Origin: Anthoceros angustus
Lineage: Eukaryota > Plantae > Anthocerotophyta
Direction: 5' to 3'
NCBI GenBank assembly: GCA_010909165.1
Contig: MU008191.1
Coordinates: 186,001 to 250,000, forward strand
Length of the DNA: 64,000 bases
Below, piece by piece: positions 23,659 to 36,500 of this stretch; positions within the stretch are counted from its first letter, which is position 1; every line of letters begins with the position of its first letter. Both the position numbers and the translations under genes were made by a program. The notes beneath the pieces are model-generated. The model did no database searches and had not been told where the DNA came from. It saw only the letters and a list, made by a program, of their open reading frames with translations.

Positions 23659-25675
23659 ATGCCGCAATTACTGATGAAAGCCGTCCCGGGCCCCAGTCTC
23701 CACCTGCCGGCATGTTCAGAGCTGTCCCAAGCTTGTCAATCATCAGCTGCCTTGAGATGCGCACGCCCAGGCGACTGTTTCTCCTTCAGCCTCAGTTGCC
23801 AGACTCAATTCAGACAAGAGGATCATGCGCAATGCATCACCCAGACCTCGAGGTCAGCCTTCCCTACAGCAACAACGTCCAAGTACAGGCACGCATTGGA
23901 GAAACACCTTCTACGGAAACCTGACGAGGCTGCTCTTGCTGCGGACCTGCCCCTGATCTGGAGGGGGGAAACCAGCGGACCTTCTCATCATGCAGAGAGG
24001 CTGAGGAATGGTGTTAAGTCCGATCAAAGTCATCTCAAAGACAGGATCAGGAGGCCGAGCACGTTAGGGCGCTGCCCATGGGGACGATGGCACCGGGCTG
24101 GCAGATTGCGATGCAGGTCTAGACACGAGGGCGATGGGAGGTTGGCGGAGGGTGTGGTGACCGATATGCGGAAGCTTCTTGAAGGTGAAACCGGCAACGC
24201 CACCAAGGCAGCAACTGAACTTGTCACCGCTATCGATCAACGAGGCAGAGCTGCTCTGCTATGTGCTCTGTATTCCAGTGGTACTACTTGAAAGCCCTCC
24301 TTGTGAAAATTTTTGAGTGTCGATCAAGAGGCAGGCGAAGTCATCTTGTAGGTGACCCTGTCCTCTTGGGCATGCAGCTTCCGACCATTCCACTGCTGAC
24401 CTGCTGTTTAAGGAGGCAGACAAAAATGCAGACGGTGTGCTTGATAGGGAGGAGTTTGCAAACTATTTAGAGGCACAGGAGAAGTTGTCCTCCAGGCCAC
24501 TGACGGTTTACCAGATTTTCAACCTTGGGATCAGAGCTGCTGTCGGTACAGAACATCCGTCTCCTTTCCAAAGAATTCTTGCCTTTGTTTGGAAGACTGT
24601 TCAATCCTTTCTCCCAATTTCTTTTACAACTCCGTACTTCTAGAGTTGTGCAAGCTTATGGAGGGTCGGAAACTTCTGCATTCTATGTACTGACCACGTG
24701 TTTTTTCTCTGCGACCACCGTTCTCTACAGGGATGCTGGGCTTCGGTTTTGTAGGTGTGGATAAGTACTAACTCCAACTCCTCTGCTGCTCCAGTGTTAC
24801 AAAATAGTGTTTAATGCTTCATAGTGAGATGCGTCTGTGTCAGCCATGGCTTCTGCTGCCTCTGAACCATCCTGATGTTCGTTGCAGACAATGCAGTAAT
24901 GATTATAGCTGGGGATGCCATTGAGAACAGCCTTGGTGCGCTGTTTGGCCTGACAACTCTGACGGTACATTAATTTCCTGTAGCATGCACGGAAAGGGGG
25001 CCTTCACGGTTTTGGGAGCATATACCGATTGATGGAACCGAGAAGAGAATCTCACTGTGCTGTTGCTTGATTTGATTGCAGTCTGCTGGACTAGGGAACG
25101 CAGTCTCTGATTTTCTAGGGACTGCGTTCTCTGGGTACATAGACGGGGCTTGCACACCACTTATGCCAGAACTCAAAGTCTCCACCCTGCAAATGAACTC
25201 CAAAGAGGCATGGTGGGCAGAGACTGTTGGGTCCTCCCTTGGCATCACATTGGGCTGCCTTCTTGGTCTCACACCCCTTCTGTTCATCGGGGAGAAAGCC
25301 TCCGGAGCCAAGGCACTTCGTCCTAAGTCTTCTCCCCCGGGCCCGCGTCAGACAGCTGTTTCAGACAAGATGGCTAGACTTCGAAGTCGACTCAAACGCT
25401 CCAAAAGCATCGACAAACCTCTTGGATCCATTCGGTCACATGATTTGAGGTGGTGTTCTGCAAGCATGGCCTTGGGATCACGGTTTGGAAGGCCTTTCAC
25501 GTTTGCCTGCATGGAATCTGCTGCGGATCTGGGGGCTAGGTTCTGCTACGTGTCGGGCCATTGGGATCTGGCTGAGACACTTTTGGTTCTGGCGATGGCA
25601 ACGATCGTGGCATTCAAACGATTGCAGACAGAGCACAGACGTCGAAAGGAAAGGAAGATTGTGCAACATATCTGA
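23659..25675 (+). CDS. TMEM65: TMEM65-family membrane protein with an EF-hand and long N-terminal extension
   Basis: Exons about 23659-24280, 24378-24545, 24731-24754, 24888-24964 and 25082-25675 are all in phase. They give GMLGFGFVDNAVMIIAGDAIENSLGALFGLTTLTSAGLGNAVSDFLG...GITLGCLLGLTPLLF (TMEM65 core) preceded by LFKEADKNADGVLDREEFANYL. The start is uncertain. Confidence 0.85.
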
Positions 25676-28108
25676 ATTTGTACAGGGATGCTTCAGATGC
25701 CAGATCCAGGACCAAATATGTCAATGAAGTTACAATGCAGAAGAGCTCAGCATGGGTGCATCGTAGTCAGGACAAGGAGTGACCTTAACGTCTACATCTG
25801 GTTGTCCGAAAAGAAGAAACGTTCAGATTACGGAATTTATGCACCGAAACCAAAGGATAAGGACTGGAGTCCGATGCTTGCCGTGTTGGTTCAAAGTGGA
25901 GTTTGGCTTCTGAAGGCCCGAGGAGTCGGACTTCAGGTCTGTCGGCAAACAGGGATACATGGACATGTATCTTTCGGAACGTTCAGACATGTCAAATCCG
26001 GAGTGACAATACAGCAACATCATCACAGCTTGAGAGTCATGTGACTTGATAAGCATCTGTGCACCTTCCTGGAGTCTCAGGTGGCTCATTCATAGTGATT
26101 CGCAGCTGCATCATGTCCTGCGCAGGGGTGGCACCACCCTCTCTCACGCAGATGAGATGGGTCTGGTGGATGGACCTCTCGTGTACAGAGATTCTGAGTC
26201 CTGGTAGACTTCAAATGATCCTTGAATTGATCAACTGGTGTGACAGCAATTCCTTTCCATGACGAGATGATCACGTAGTAAACAGAAACGGCAACGGCCC
26301 TCAGGAAGCAAGTGCCACCCACCTCCACTAGAGTCACCAACCACAAGCCTGCAGTCCTGGCTCGGCAAGGCAAGCAACTTCACGCCGTCACACCACCTTG
26401 TTACATCGGACTGCGGAACTTGATGCTTGCTGGATAGAGACCTCTCACAGAGTACCAACATCCCTTGCACGTGATTGCATCCCAGACCTTTCCCAGATAA
26501 GCCTGAGAGAACAATGCTAACTGGGCGGTATAAAGAAAAGGGCTGAGGAGTCGGACTGGACTGGAGCAGCCATGGCCTGAGAGCCAAAGCACGTGGCGCG
26601 CTCTCCGACGCCATGGCTTTTCTGAGAGAGAGGACACGGATTCATGAAGACAGAGGATGCATCAAAAAGGAGCACTTTGTCATCAGTTATTAAGACTGGC
26701 GGACAAATTTGGGAGAGATCAAGAGGAGACCATTATGGGGCCTGACCGCTGCACGAGGCCATGCCTTGCCGTGCGCCCAACACTACCATCATCCTGGTCC
26801 TACCTGCATTATCAGCTGTATGGTTATGGTGTAGCCTCAACTCCCGCGCCCAAGTACAGCCTCAGTGCTGCTGCTGCCTCCAATTGTGGAACAGCAGAAG
26901 CACATCCAAAGTCTAGACCAAGCCCTGCAGCAGCATTTTGCCATTGCTGCAGTCACTGCTGCTTGATTGAATATTGGCAATCAACCACTCCATGCATTGC
27001 GGGTTGCAGCTACGGATGTCAGTTCTGTTGCCCCACTTTCATCACTTAGAGATGAGCGAACACAGATGCTACTGTGAGTGTGCTGCACAAACACGGATGG
27101 AGCCTGGTATTCCTTGTCGCTTCTGCCACTCATCCCCAACATATTCATATAATATTACAGACTATTATCCACGACCAAGACTTCATCTCCTTCTCCCCGG
27201 TGTCGTACTGAAGGGGATACAGTACTTCATTGTTTTGTGTGCGACCTTGATGCCCTCATCCGGCATGCTCCTGGGATACACTTCATTGGGTCCTCTGCCA
27301 ATTCCTGCAAGCACCAAAGCTGCAGGATGCTCCGCATTCAATGAAATGTAAACCACAGAGTACAAACGTATGTAGGACAATATAGAGGTACTTTACTATG
27401 TGTAATTTTACAACAGTGAGATCCACATCGACGTAGAGCCTGGACTGGTAGTTTGGCTTACAGATCAACTCAGGGATGGCTCTGGACAGAAGCACAACAC
27501 GAGCCAACTTATCCAATCTCCAGTCCGACAGAAGACAGGACAGAGGAGATTGTGATACGTTGGACTCTGTTTGCCTCCACCCGGCCTTCCTTTGATTGGG
27601 GAATTCAATTGCAGCTGCTGCTACTACCAAAAAATTGGGATACCCAAGGCAGCAAAAGCTTTATCCTCTACCTAAAGGTATACTTGCTGCTGCCATTCTC
27701 GCCAGCACATGTGAGCTGAAACAGCTCGCCGGCCGACTGTGGGTGAGAATGGGATCAGCAGGTGGCAAGCACCAGCACTGAACAAATCCAGCCATTAAGT
27801 GGCTGTATTTGCCGGCCAGCCGCATTGCCCAGGTTATGGAATACACCATACATGTACATAAGTGCTCTTGGTCCAGCACTGTCAGATGAGCCTACCATCC
27901 GCTCCTCCTCAATGTACAAATGTAGCAGGCACGCACCGGCGCAGATCAAATCAGACCTTGTGGAGGCTGATTAGTCGGCCGGCCGCGACGCCCAGAGAAA
28001 TCATCAGCCACAGCTCTGGCAATCCAGATGGGAATTGCCGGCCGAGCAAATTTTTGATGAATCAAAAGAACTTCTGTACACCAGCTCCAGCTTATGGTCT
28101 CCAAACAT

Positions 28109-29946
28109 TCACTTCTGCTTGGCAAGCTCCTGGGCCGTGATGTAGGTACCGTGAAAGCCATAGGGCACCCTGGAAGGCAGGTGCACCTTGGCCACAGGCT
28201 CCAGAGAGGGAGACTGAGCATCCAGGACCAGGAGCTGCGATTCCCCAGTCTCCTCGTTGTGCATGAAGGTGACAATGTAGCCTTCGTCCTCTGCCGCCTG
28301 AGGGTGCGAGGAGCGCGGCACAAAGCACGGCTCTCCGCCGTAGCAGTTTTCAGGGTAGCGGATTCTCCCAACCACACTCGTCTCCGCTCCCGTGAGCAAA
28401 TCCACCTTGGCTATGCCGGAAACCTTGGGCCACGGCTCCGCCACAGCCAGATACGCGTACCGGCTTCTCCTTCCGACAAACTTCTTGTTCACCTGGCCCG
28501 CCTCCAGATTCAGGCCCGGTGTGATCTCCCTCCTTGTGGACTGTCCAGTGCGGCGATTCAGCCTGATCTCGGACAGAATGCTGGCCAGCGTCTCTTGGGA
28601 CTCGTTGAAGATGCTGTCGGCCGGAGTCATGCAGGATCCAATCACCACCACCTCATCTTCATTCTCCTCCCACGCGTTCCAGAGATGGAAGCAGAAGCAG
28701 TCGGGAACATCGATCCACTGCATCCCACTCTCATCCGTGTCGTAGCGCGGGAGAATTCCGAATCTTGCCATCTTGCTGCCGTCGTAGATGACCGGGGAGC
28801 CCCCGTGCAGCAGCTCCTTCATCTGGAACACCACCTGCTGGTCTGGCACGACCACGAAGTTCTCCGTGATGGCGAAGTCGTGCATCATAGTCGGCTGCTG
28901 CAGCGTGATGTCCACCTCGGGGCTCTTGACGCCATCAGGAGACACATAGAAGTACTTGAGGAAGGGAGCCGCCAGCACGTTGTAGCTGAGATTGAACAAT
29001 TCTCCCGTCCTGGCATCCACCTTGGGGTGCGCGATCATGGACTGCACGCTGGCGAGCTGGCCGTCGAAGTCATACCGTCCCAGCGTCTCCAAGTCCCCGT
29101 TCTCCGTGATCCGCACATAGTAGGGCAGGTCATCCTCCGACATAGCCAGAAGCTTGCCGTTGTGGAACACCAGTCCGGCATTGGCCACTCCCATCCCCTG
29201 CGAGGCATCCACCAAGCCGCACACCGCCCGCGCACCGTACAGCATGAGCCGCGCCACGCCGCCATGGCCGTGCAGCTCCCCGATGGCCTTGGGAAACACC
29301 GGCCTCCCAGCCCTGGCCTCCTCCTCCAGCCTGTAGGTCCTGGTATATCTGCAGCAGTAGCTAGCGAGCCCTTGCTTGAACCTCACGGCGTGCACCATCC
29401 CATCTCCATCGAAAAAGTGATGCCCTGCCAGCGGCGGGAACTGCGGATTGGCGCCGTTCCGCAGATACATCCCTTCCAGGCACGCCGGGATGCTCCCTTC
29501 CACCTCCAGCTCGTGCTCCACCGGATGCTCCGACACCGGGGAGAAGTTCCCCTCCAGCTGCACCCGCGGATCCGCTGTGGACGGCAGCGGCTTGGCGCCT
29601 TCCAGCTTGGGAATCCACTCCTCTCAATCACATCCAGCGCGGATGCCGCCATCGCCTGGAAGAAATTCCTCGACCTCCTTCCTTCCCCCGCCTCCTCCTC
29701 CCGCCGGAGCGTCACGCTCCCGCTCCCGCTCCCGCTCCCGCTCCCGGCACTCGACACACTGGCCTCGCTCACCGCCGATAGCCGGTCGCAAGCGGGACGC
29801 GACTTGCTGAACTGGTCGACGCTCAAACTGGCGGTGGTGCGGGGGCCAGCCGGGAAGGCAGCATTCCGCTTCCAGGCGCAATTGGCGTGCACCCTGGGCA
29901 TCGGCCGAGCGAAATCCGGACACGCCAGGCTCTTCATCGTCAACAT
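28109..29946 (-). CDS. NCED: 9-cis-epoxycarotenoid dioxygenase, intronless, plastid-targeted, with a 1-nt frameshift at about 29623
   Basis: N-terminal transit peptide and [15 protein letters not shown] lie in one frame. [79 protein letters not shown] and [10 protein letters not shown] lie in another. The four Fe-ligand His motifs are present. Confidence 0.95.
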
Positions 29947-30279
29947 TCTCCACCCTCCGGATGCCAATTCCCGCAGTTCCCACGGCAAAATAATGTCACG
30001 CACTTCTGGCACTCCAACAGAGCGCAACCGGCAGGCAGGAGCGGGAGCAGGAGCGGGAGCAGGAGGTTGCGCTTGCCTTCATGAAAAACTTCTCTGGCAG
30101 CGAATACACAACCACAGGTGCAGCACAACACTCCGCAATCCAAAGAGATGTGGAAGCGAGCGAGCAGCAATCTCGGTAGGAAGGGCAAGAAAGAAGAAAA
30201 GGAGCGAATGCGGAAGAGGGGCAGGAGAGGGGAGGGGAGGGGAGGCGAAGGGATTGTTGTGGTCCTGAATGGAGGAAGG

Positions 30280-30389
30280 GAAGCTTGAAGCTTGAAGCTT
30301 GAAGCTTGAAGCTTGCAACCGCAGCGCTTGTGCCTTCCCAACGGCGGGGCTCGCGCTATATGGAGAGCGTGGCACCCGGGCTACGTGTC
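30280..30389 (-). promoter_or_regulatory. NCED upstream region: (GAAGCTT)5 tract and ABRE-type ACGTGTC core
   Basis: Five GAAGCTT units at 30280-30314, ACGTGTC at 30383-30389, GCGTGGC at about 30367 and another ACGTG at about 30754. Confidence 0.4.
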
Positions 30390-31249
30390 GGGACTCCACA
30401 CGGGCTGCTCTTGTAGCAATAGAAAAGACCAAGCCTCGCGCAGAGTACGAAGTGAAAACTCCAAACGTTACCGCGGCGCGTGCGAGCAGTCACGCTGCAG
30501 AGTTATTACGCTTTGAATGCGCCGAACGGAGTGTGGCCGCACCAGGTGGTGATGTACAATATCCTACTCAAAATAAATAATAAATACAGGCAAGGACATA
30601 TATTGAACGTCCATGCGCGCGACACCGGAGGTCGTATTTTTGTAGTTTCCGGGCGGCCGTTCGCCGTTCACCGGGGCCGCCATGTGACCAGGCGGAGGCG
30701 GAAGCCGAAGCCGAAGCTGATTGCCGAATGGCGAATGGGGGACCACAAAACATACGTGCCCGCGTCTCCGCGACCCGTTCCGTTATGCAAACACATGGCC
30801 TCCTGGCTACACCCCGTTACTTATTTTGGAGTGTCACGCGGTCCGCGAGTCAGGCTCGCTGCCCGAATCGAGGTCCCATGACGCTGCCATTTTGGACAGC
30901 TCTGTTTCGGTCTCTCGTCTCCAACTTTCAAACGCCGTCTCCCAACGCCACCGGAATCTCCACTCCTCACGCCTCCTGTAAAACACCGGAAGGGAGCCAA
31001 ATGCTCTCAAGCTCCCACACTCCCCCTCAGTATCTGCATCTTGCATCTTTATGTCTTCATTATTTGTTACGGTAGTTTGTAGATTGTATCTCTATGGAGT
31101 GTTTGCACATTCGGAGAAAATATAGGACAACTTCTAACTCCTTATCTATGTAGATGAGTTACAGAATTACCCACCACATCACACAAGCCAAAGACAAGAA
31201 TTCACAACACACACAGACTGACAGACAGGAAAAGCCATCCATACCTCTG

Positions 31250-33529
31250 CTATTCCAGTGGAGGTACGTCGTCACAGTTCAATTCTTCCTCCTTATAAAT
31301 GTACTTTTTCGTGGCTTGTACTTGCGTTTCCTACAAAATAAATGTTGGGTAGAAGTTTATTCATGGATAAGGTGTTCTTGTTGATCTTGCGACAAGAGGT
31401 GGATCATAAGCTTACTTGGAGAGCCATATTTTGATTCTTCTCTACATCAACAATGCTACAAACTTTCACAGTTTTCTTCTCTGCTTGTTTCTTGGGTGTG
31501 ACTTGGGTGTTTAAAAGCTTTGTGGTAATGAAGGTCATTGCATCCGTCTTGGACTTTATTTTAGGCATGGTTACTACAAGATTTCCCGTAACGCTGGATC
31601 TTTGTGCAATACTATTGTCAGTCTTCACCTGTGCATTCAAGGAAGCTTAAAAATGTGATATTCATAAATTCCGTGTGTTGACTTATATTTGGGCATATCT
31701 ACCTCGTCTGGAAGTTGCAATTGCAATAACTTTCCTTTAATCAAAACTCTAATCCAATTCGGCTGAATATCAATATCGATAAATGAGGTATCTAAAAACT
31801 TGCTCAATTTTAGATCCAAAATCACCATCTCCTTGCACTCACTTTCATGTAGTTTGAATTTCCATCTATCCAATCAGTGTTTTAGTAAGCTTCAATTTTT
31901 AAACCTATCAACTTCCAAGTCTTGGGGCTTTAGAGCAACCAAAGAGAATATTATGTGGCATATCTTATGGACATACCCTCCCTCATTTTTCTGGTATATG
32001 CGTCCTTCTAAGGGCAAGGGATCAAATCCTGTGCGTCTTTTGGATTTCTTCACTTGTTCAGGCTTGGTCTGAGATGCATTCAATAAATGAAAAACTATTT
32101 TTGCAAGAAAGATTAAATTACCAAATGTGGATCTCTCTCTTTTAAGTCTACGAGACAAAGAATGAAGTTTGGAAGGATACATACGTCTTGACCTTGTTTT
32201 CTCATTTCTAGCATCTCTTCATGTTCCGCAATTCTAGTAGCTGGAGAATAGGTTCGCACTTTTTCTCCTTTCTCATTTCTACACCAAACTCTTTATCTTA
32301 GAATGAAACATGATAGCTTATTTAAGAAAAACAAAATTAATCCATGGAAAATAAATTACCTACACTTGAACTTCTTCAGCATCCAATTCATCTTGGTTGG
32401 AAAGATAATTATCACATTCTTGTTGGTTCTCTATTTCTAATTCTTCACAAATTGTGCTATACTCCTACATGCATATTAAGCATGAGAGACAAATAATTGT
32501 AAAATGAGAAGAGAAATCACTTAACGATATGTATAACGTGATTTTGATATGTTGCTAACCTTTCTTGCTTTTTGCCGCTCTAAATTTGTTACTTGATGTG
32601 CATCCAACCTCTTTAAGTTTTTCAAAAAAGAGTGTCGTTGAAAATATTCATTTTTCGTCAAGTACTCTATCCATTAAACTCATTGTACAAATTCTTTGGT
32701 ACGAACCTTGAGCGTAGAAAGTGTTGCTATGACAAACGTCCTATATGCATGAAAATCTTGACAAGGATTTCCTGTCAGAAAACTGTAAGCAACTCAGAAA
32801 TAATAGCTATCAAGGAAACAAATAGCTCTTTGAAGGCTGAGGATAACTCAAAATAATCAATGATCAAAGTTAGAAGGGTACATTCTACACTTACAACTCT
32901 TTTAGATGAATATTCCGTGTAAGAGCTCTTATGCTATGGAGGTTTTGTTTGTCCACAAAATTCAAGGTCAAATCAAGCTTCTCTAATGACTCACATCCTT
33001 CCAATCCCTCTACCTTTCATAATAACAAGAAGAACATTACGTGCAAATGGTGGACGACATATTCACACCTACATTTCTCCATGAGTTATGAGTTCCAACC
33101 TTGGTAATATTGTTCAAAGCTAGATTCAAATATTGTAGTTCTTTCAATCGCCGCAAGTTTTCTAACCATGTGATAATAAAAACTTGTAGTTAGATGCATA
33201 CGAGTTTGGAGGATATGCTTGGTGCAGAGCGAAAAAAACTGTTATTCATGTACCAAGTTTTCCAATCAAGTTGTTGGGCATATATAAAATCTTGAGATGA
33301 GGACACACGTTCCCAAGCAGCTCAATCTTTTCAATGCCCTCCTCTTGTAATACTAGCTCCTGCAATACCAAAATCTCATCCCTTTGAGAAGCACGCCAAA
33401 ACTCGCAACTATGAGCTTGATTATGGATTAGGGTATGAAGAAGAGAGGATTATGGACCTCCAAAGTGAAGAGGATTCCTTCATTGTGCTCCGCTCGCCGC
33501 CTGATCATGTCTACATTGATGGGCGCCAT
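31250..33529 (-). CDS. LRRC6: Dynein axonemal assembly factor LRRC6/DNAAF11 (TilB), multi-exon
   Basis: [24 protein letters not shown]|[13 protein letters not shown]...[14 protein letters not shown]|[21 protein letters not shown]|...[10 protein letters not shown]...LTGNPC...; CS-like region [34 protein letters not shown]...[16 protein letters not shown]; C-terminus DDVPPLE*. Confidence 0.93.
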
Positions 33530-36500
33530 GTTTGGTGTACTACGTGGCCGTACTATGGAAACACTCACAAGCCACCAGGATACCCGGGAAGCGGAAGTAA
33601 TAAGGCTGCGCAGATATTCCAGAGCCTCGATTATATTAGTGTATTTCAGTACAGACAGCCAAGCCCAGGAGCTCAGGAAGCGGGCCGACCGACAGGTGGC
33701 CTGGACCGCGCGTGGCCTCCGGTATATTCGGGGGCCCAAGCCCTTATCCGGCGGCCAGCGAGAGTTAACCGCCGGGTAGCCGTTTTCCGGCGGGGAGGAT
33801 TGCACGCTCCCGGTGGGCCAGTGTATCCACAGGGATTTGGCAATCTATGCCCGCCCAATGTTTGCCCGACACCCGATCCGGACCCAGGTGGGAGCACCGC
33901 TTCAGCCGGTGGCCTCAGACAAAAAAAAAAAAAAGCTGCGCCGTTCATGCTCAAAATATGTATTTGTGTATAGTGTATGTATACATCCACCTTCTATACC
34001 CTTGGGTCCATGGGACATGGGTGTGTATGTATCATGTATGCAAGGGTTCTGATTCCCCCATGTTACACATCGTATTATCCCAATGTGTTTTTAGGTGACA
34101 AGGTTTTTCTTTTTGTGGGGCGAGCTCGATAAGAATTGAGTCGTTTTTCCCACAAGCCTGAAGTGGGCCACATGCATACACTGAGATAACTGCAGTTGGT
34201 ACGGGGATGGCTGACGGGGGAAGGCATCACAGGCCCAGGTCAGAGGCCAGCCGCCCTGGTGTGGATGATGGATCCACGCAAGTGCCGGCGTGTTGGTCGG
34301 TAACTTTGGCTGCGCCGTCCAGGATGGTGCTTGCAGGCAGGATGGATGGTACGATGGAGGAGGTGGAGCCTGTGTGAGCTGGGGGAAGCGGAGAAGGGGT
34401 GGGTTGTTGGCTTGCAAGTCCAAGTGGACTTTAATAGACTTCTTCGTCTTCCAAAGGCAAAGGCAAAGGCACATACATATCTTATGCATGCAGTTGGGCT
34501 GCCGAGGATAAGCAGGGTCGGTTGGACCTTTGGCCCGTTCATGGGCTTCCGCATGTCCGGCCAATGCATGTACCCAACTCGCGATGGAGGCTTGCATCGG
34601 TGGAGAGCATCGGGGCCAGGTGTTGTGTTGCCGACCTGCACACACGTCCGCTTGCCGAGGAGTGTGGATTCAGGTGATAACTGGTGGCGGGGGCAATGGG
34701 AAGATGTGGGTGGATATGGTTGGCGGATGGTTGGCCATGGGTGTGTCCATCTATGGGTGGCTATGGGTGGGCTGTGAGTATGTCTATGGGTGCCGACTGG
34801 TGGCTCCGGGAATGGGGAATGGGTAGATGGGACTCCAGAACCTGGGCAGACTAGTGTGGAGATACTGCACATGAGTGATGTGGTGGTTGGAGCAGTTGAA
34901 TGTGCGCATAACTGCCCCGGCTACAAGGATGGGCAGAGAATCTGTGTGTGGCAGAACTGGTGTCATTGTGGGACTCGTCCAAGGAGTCCGATCGCTCCGA
35001 CGTTGGCAGTTGCAGAGTTCTAGTACTCGTCTAGACTCTAGTGCAGACTGCTGCAGACCTGCCCATGTGCTGCACGGATCAGGAGCGCCATGGCAGATGC
35101 ATGTACAGACACATACAGAATGTACCCTCCCCCCACCTGGCCCATGGCTGCGACTTCCACGGTGCCCACACTACTGCGTTGTCTTTCCACTGGAGCCATG
35201 GAAGAAGGCTGTAAGAAGGCGTCTGGTCCTGGTCATGGTGCCGTGAACACTGAAAACCCAACCCCCACATGTGACTTGGAGCTCCCCGCAGCAGCAGCTT
35301 TCCCCAGACAGGCTGCTGCAGGCTGCTGCTGGGTGTCAGAAACAAGGAATAGATGTATCGCTCGATATGCAGATGCACGCTTGTCGCATCCCATGTCTCT
35401 CGGGGCTTGCGCCATGGAGGCCTGGTTTGTACACACATACATACAGTTCTAGTGCAGCGCATGGGCCATGGGCCATGCCCCATGCCCCTCTATTGGCGCG
35501 GAGCCTGTGAAGCTTGTGAAGGGGAGCGGAATCTGGGGTGCTTGATCCCCTCCGAGTCCGAGTCCGAGTCCGAGGTCCGAGTCCGAGTCCTGTTCCTGTA
35601 CATGTAGTGCAGCTCGAGGCACAATGGTGCGTGTTCGAAGGCCCTCAAGCTTTTCCTTTTGGGGACTTGGACAGGGGCCCGGATTCCGTGGCCATGTTCT
35701 CGGCCTGCTGCATGCGCTTTTGTGCAGGGCGCGGCGTCGCAACACGCGTCCGAGCTTGCGTTCCTGAATAATCACTGCCCTGCCACTGCATCGGTGCGTC
35801 TGTCGTTCTCGCACCAACACACAACGGCCCAGGAAGTACTCCAGAACCGAGCTGCGCCATCATGCGACGAGATAAGAAGAGACGTATTCCATGGCTGTAT
35901 CTGCATCACATTCACGCCCGTCTTCTTCCTCTTCCCTCCATCACAGATTCACACAGCGACCCACAACAGTCATACGACTCATCACGGGCGACGGGCGTGG
36001 CAGCAAACCAGGCTTCTCAGCGCCAATCGTACGCCTCGCACCCCGTCGTGGAACAGTGAACAGTGCTTCCAGAGCGGGGACAGAAGCATGAGCAATGCGC
36101 GCTTGCTTTTTTTCACCAGTCCTTCACATAAATAAAAAGGAAAGGTTTGTTCTCCTTCCCTTCTTCCCTTCCCTTCCCTTCCCCTCCTCTCCCGTTTCCC
36201 TGGCAACCGCAATCAGCCACAACAGGCATCTTTTAAAACACATTTACTACCCCCTCTTTTCCCCCGCTCTTCATCGGCAGACACGACCACGCTCCATGCG
36301 TCGCGCACGCATGGCCGATGCGCAACCACCGTTCCCAGCCTCCCAGCCTCCCTTCGCCTCCAAATTTGAACCGGGCCCAGCGGCTATTTATAAGGCAGGC
36401 TAGGCAGGTGTTGTAAAACCAGACCCGGCATCAAGCGAGATCAGATCCGCTTGACAGAAACCTGGTGCCAGGCACCGGCCATGGCTACCAATTGGAGCTC

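Noticed and set aside
26650-27750. Possible decayed gene (Cys-rich ORFs, a DLDALI motif)
   Set aside because: No consistent frame, splice pattern or recognisable family.
28094-30268. 724-aa plus-strand ORF
   Set aside because: Antisense shadow of the high-GC3 NCED gene with no domain features.
33550-33563. RFX X-box-like GTTTCCATAGTAC upstream of LRRC6; AACCG (DUO1-type) words near LRRC6 and Chibby
   Set aside because: The X-box half-site is imperfect and plants lack RFX. Five-mers are expected by chance.
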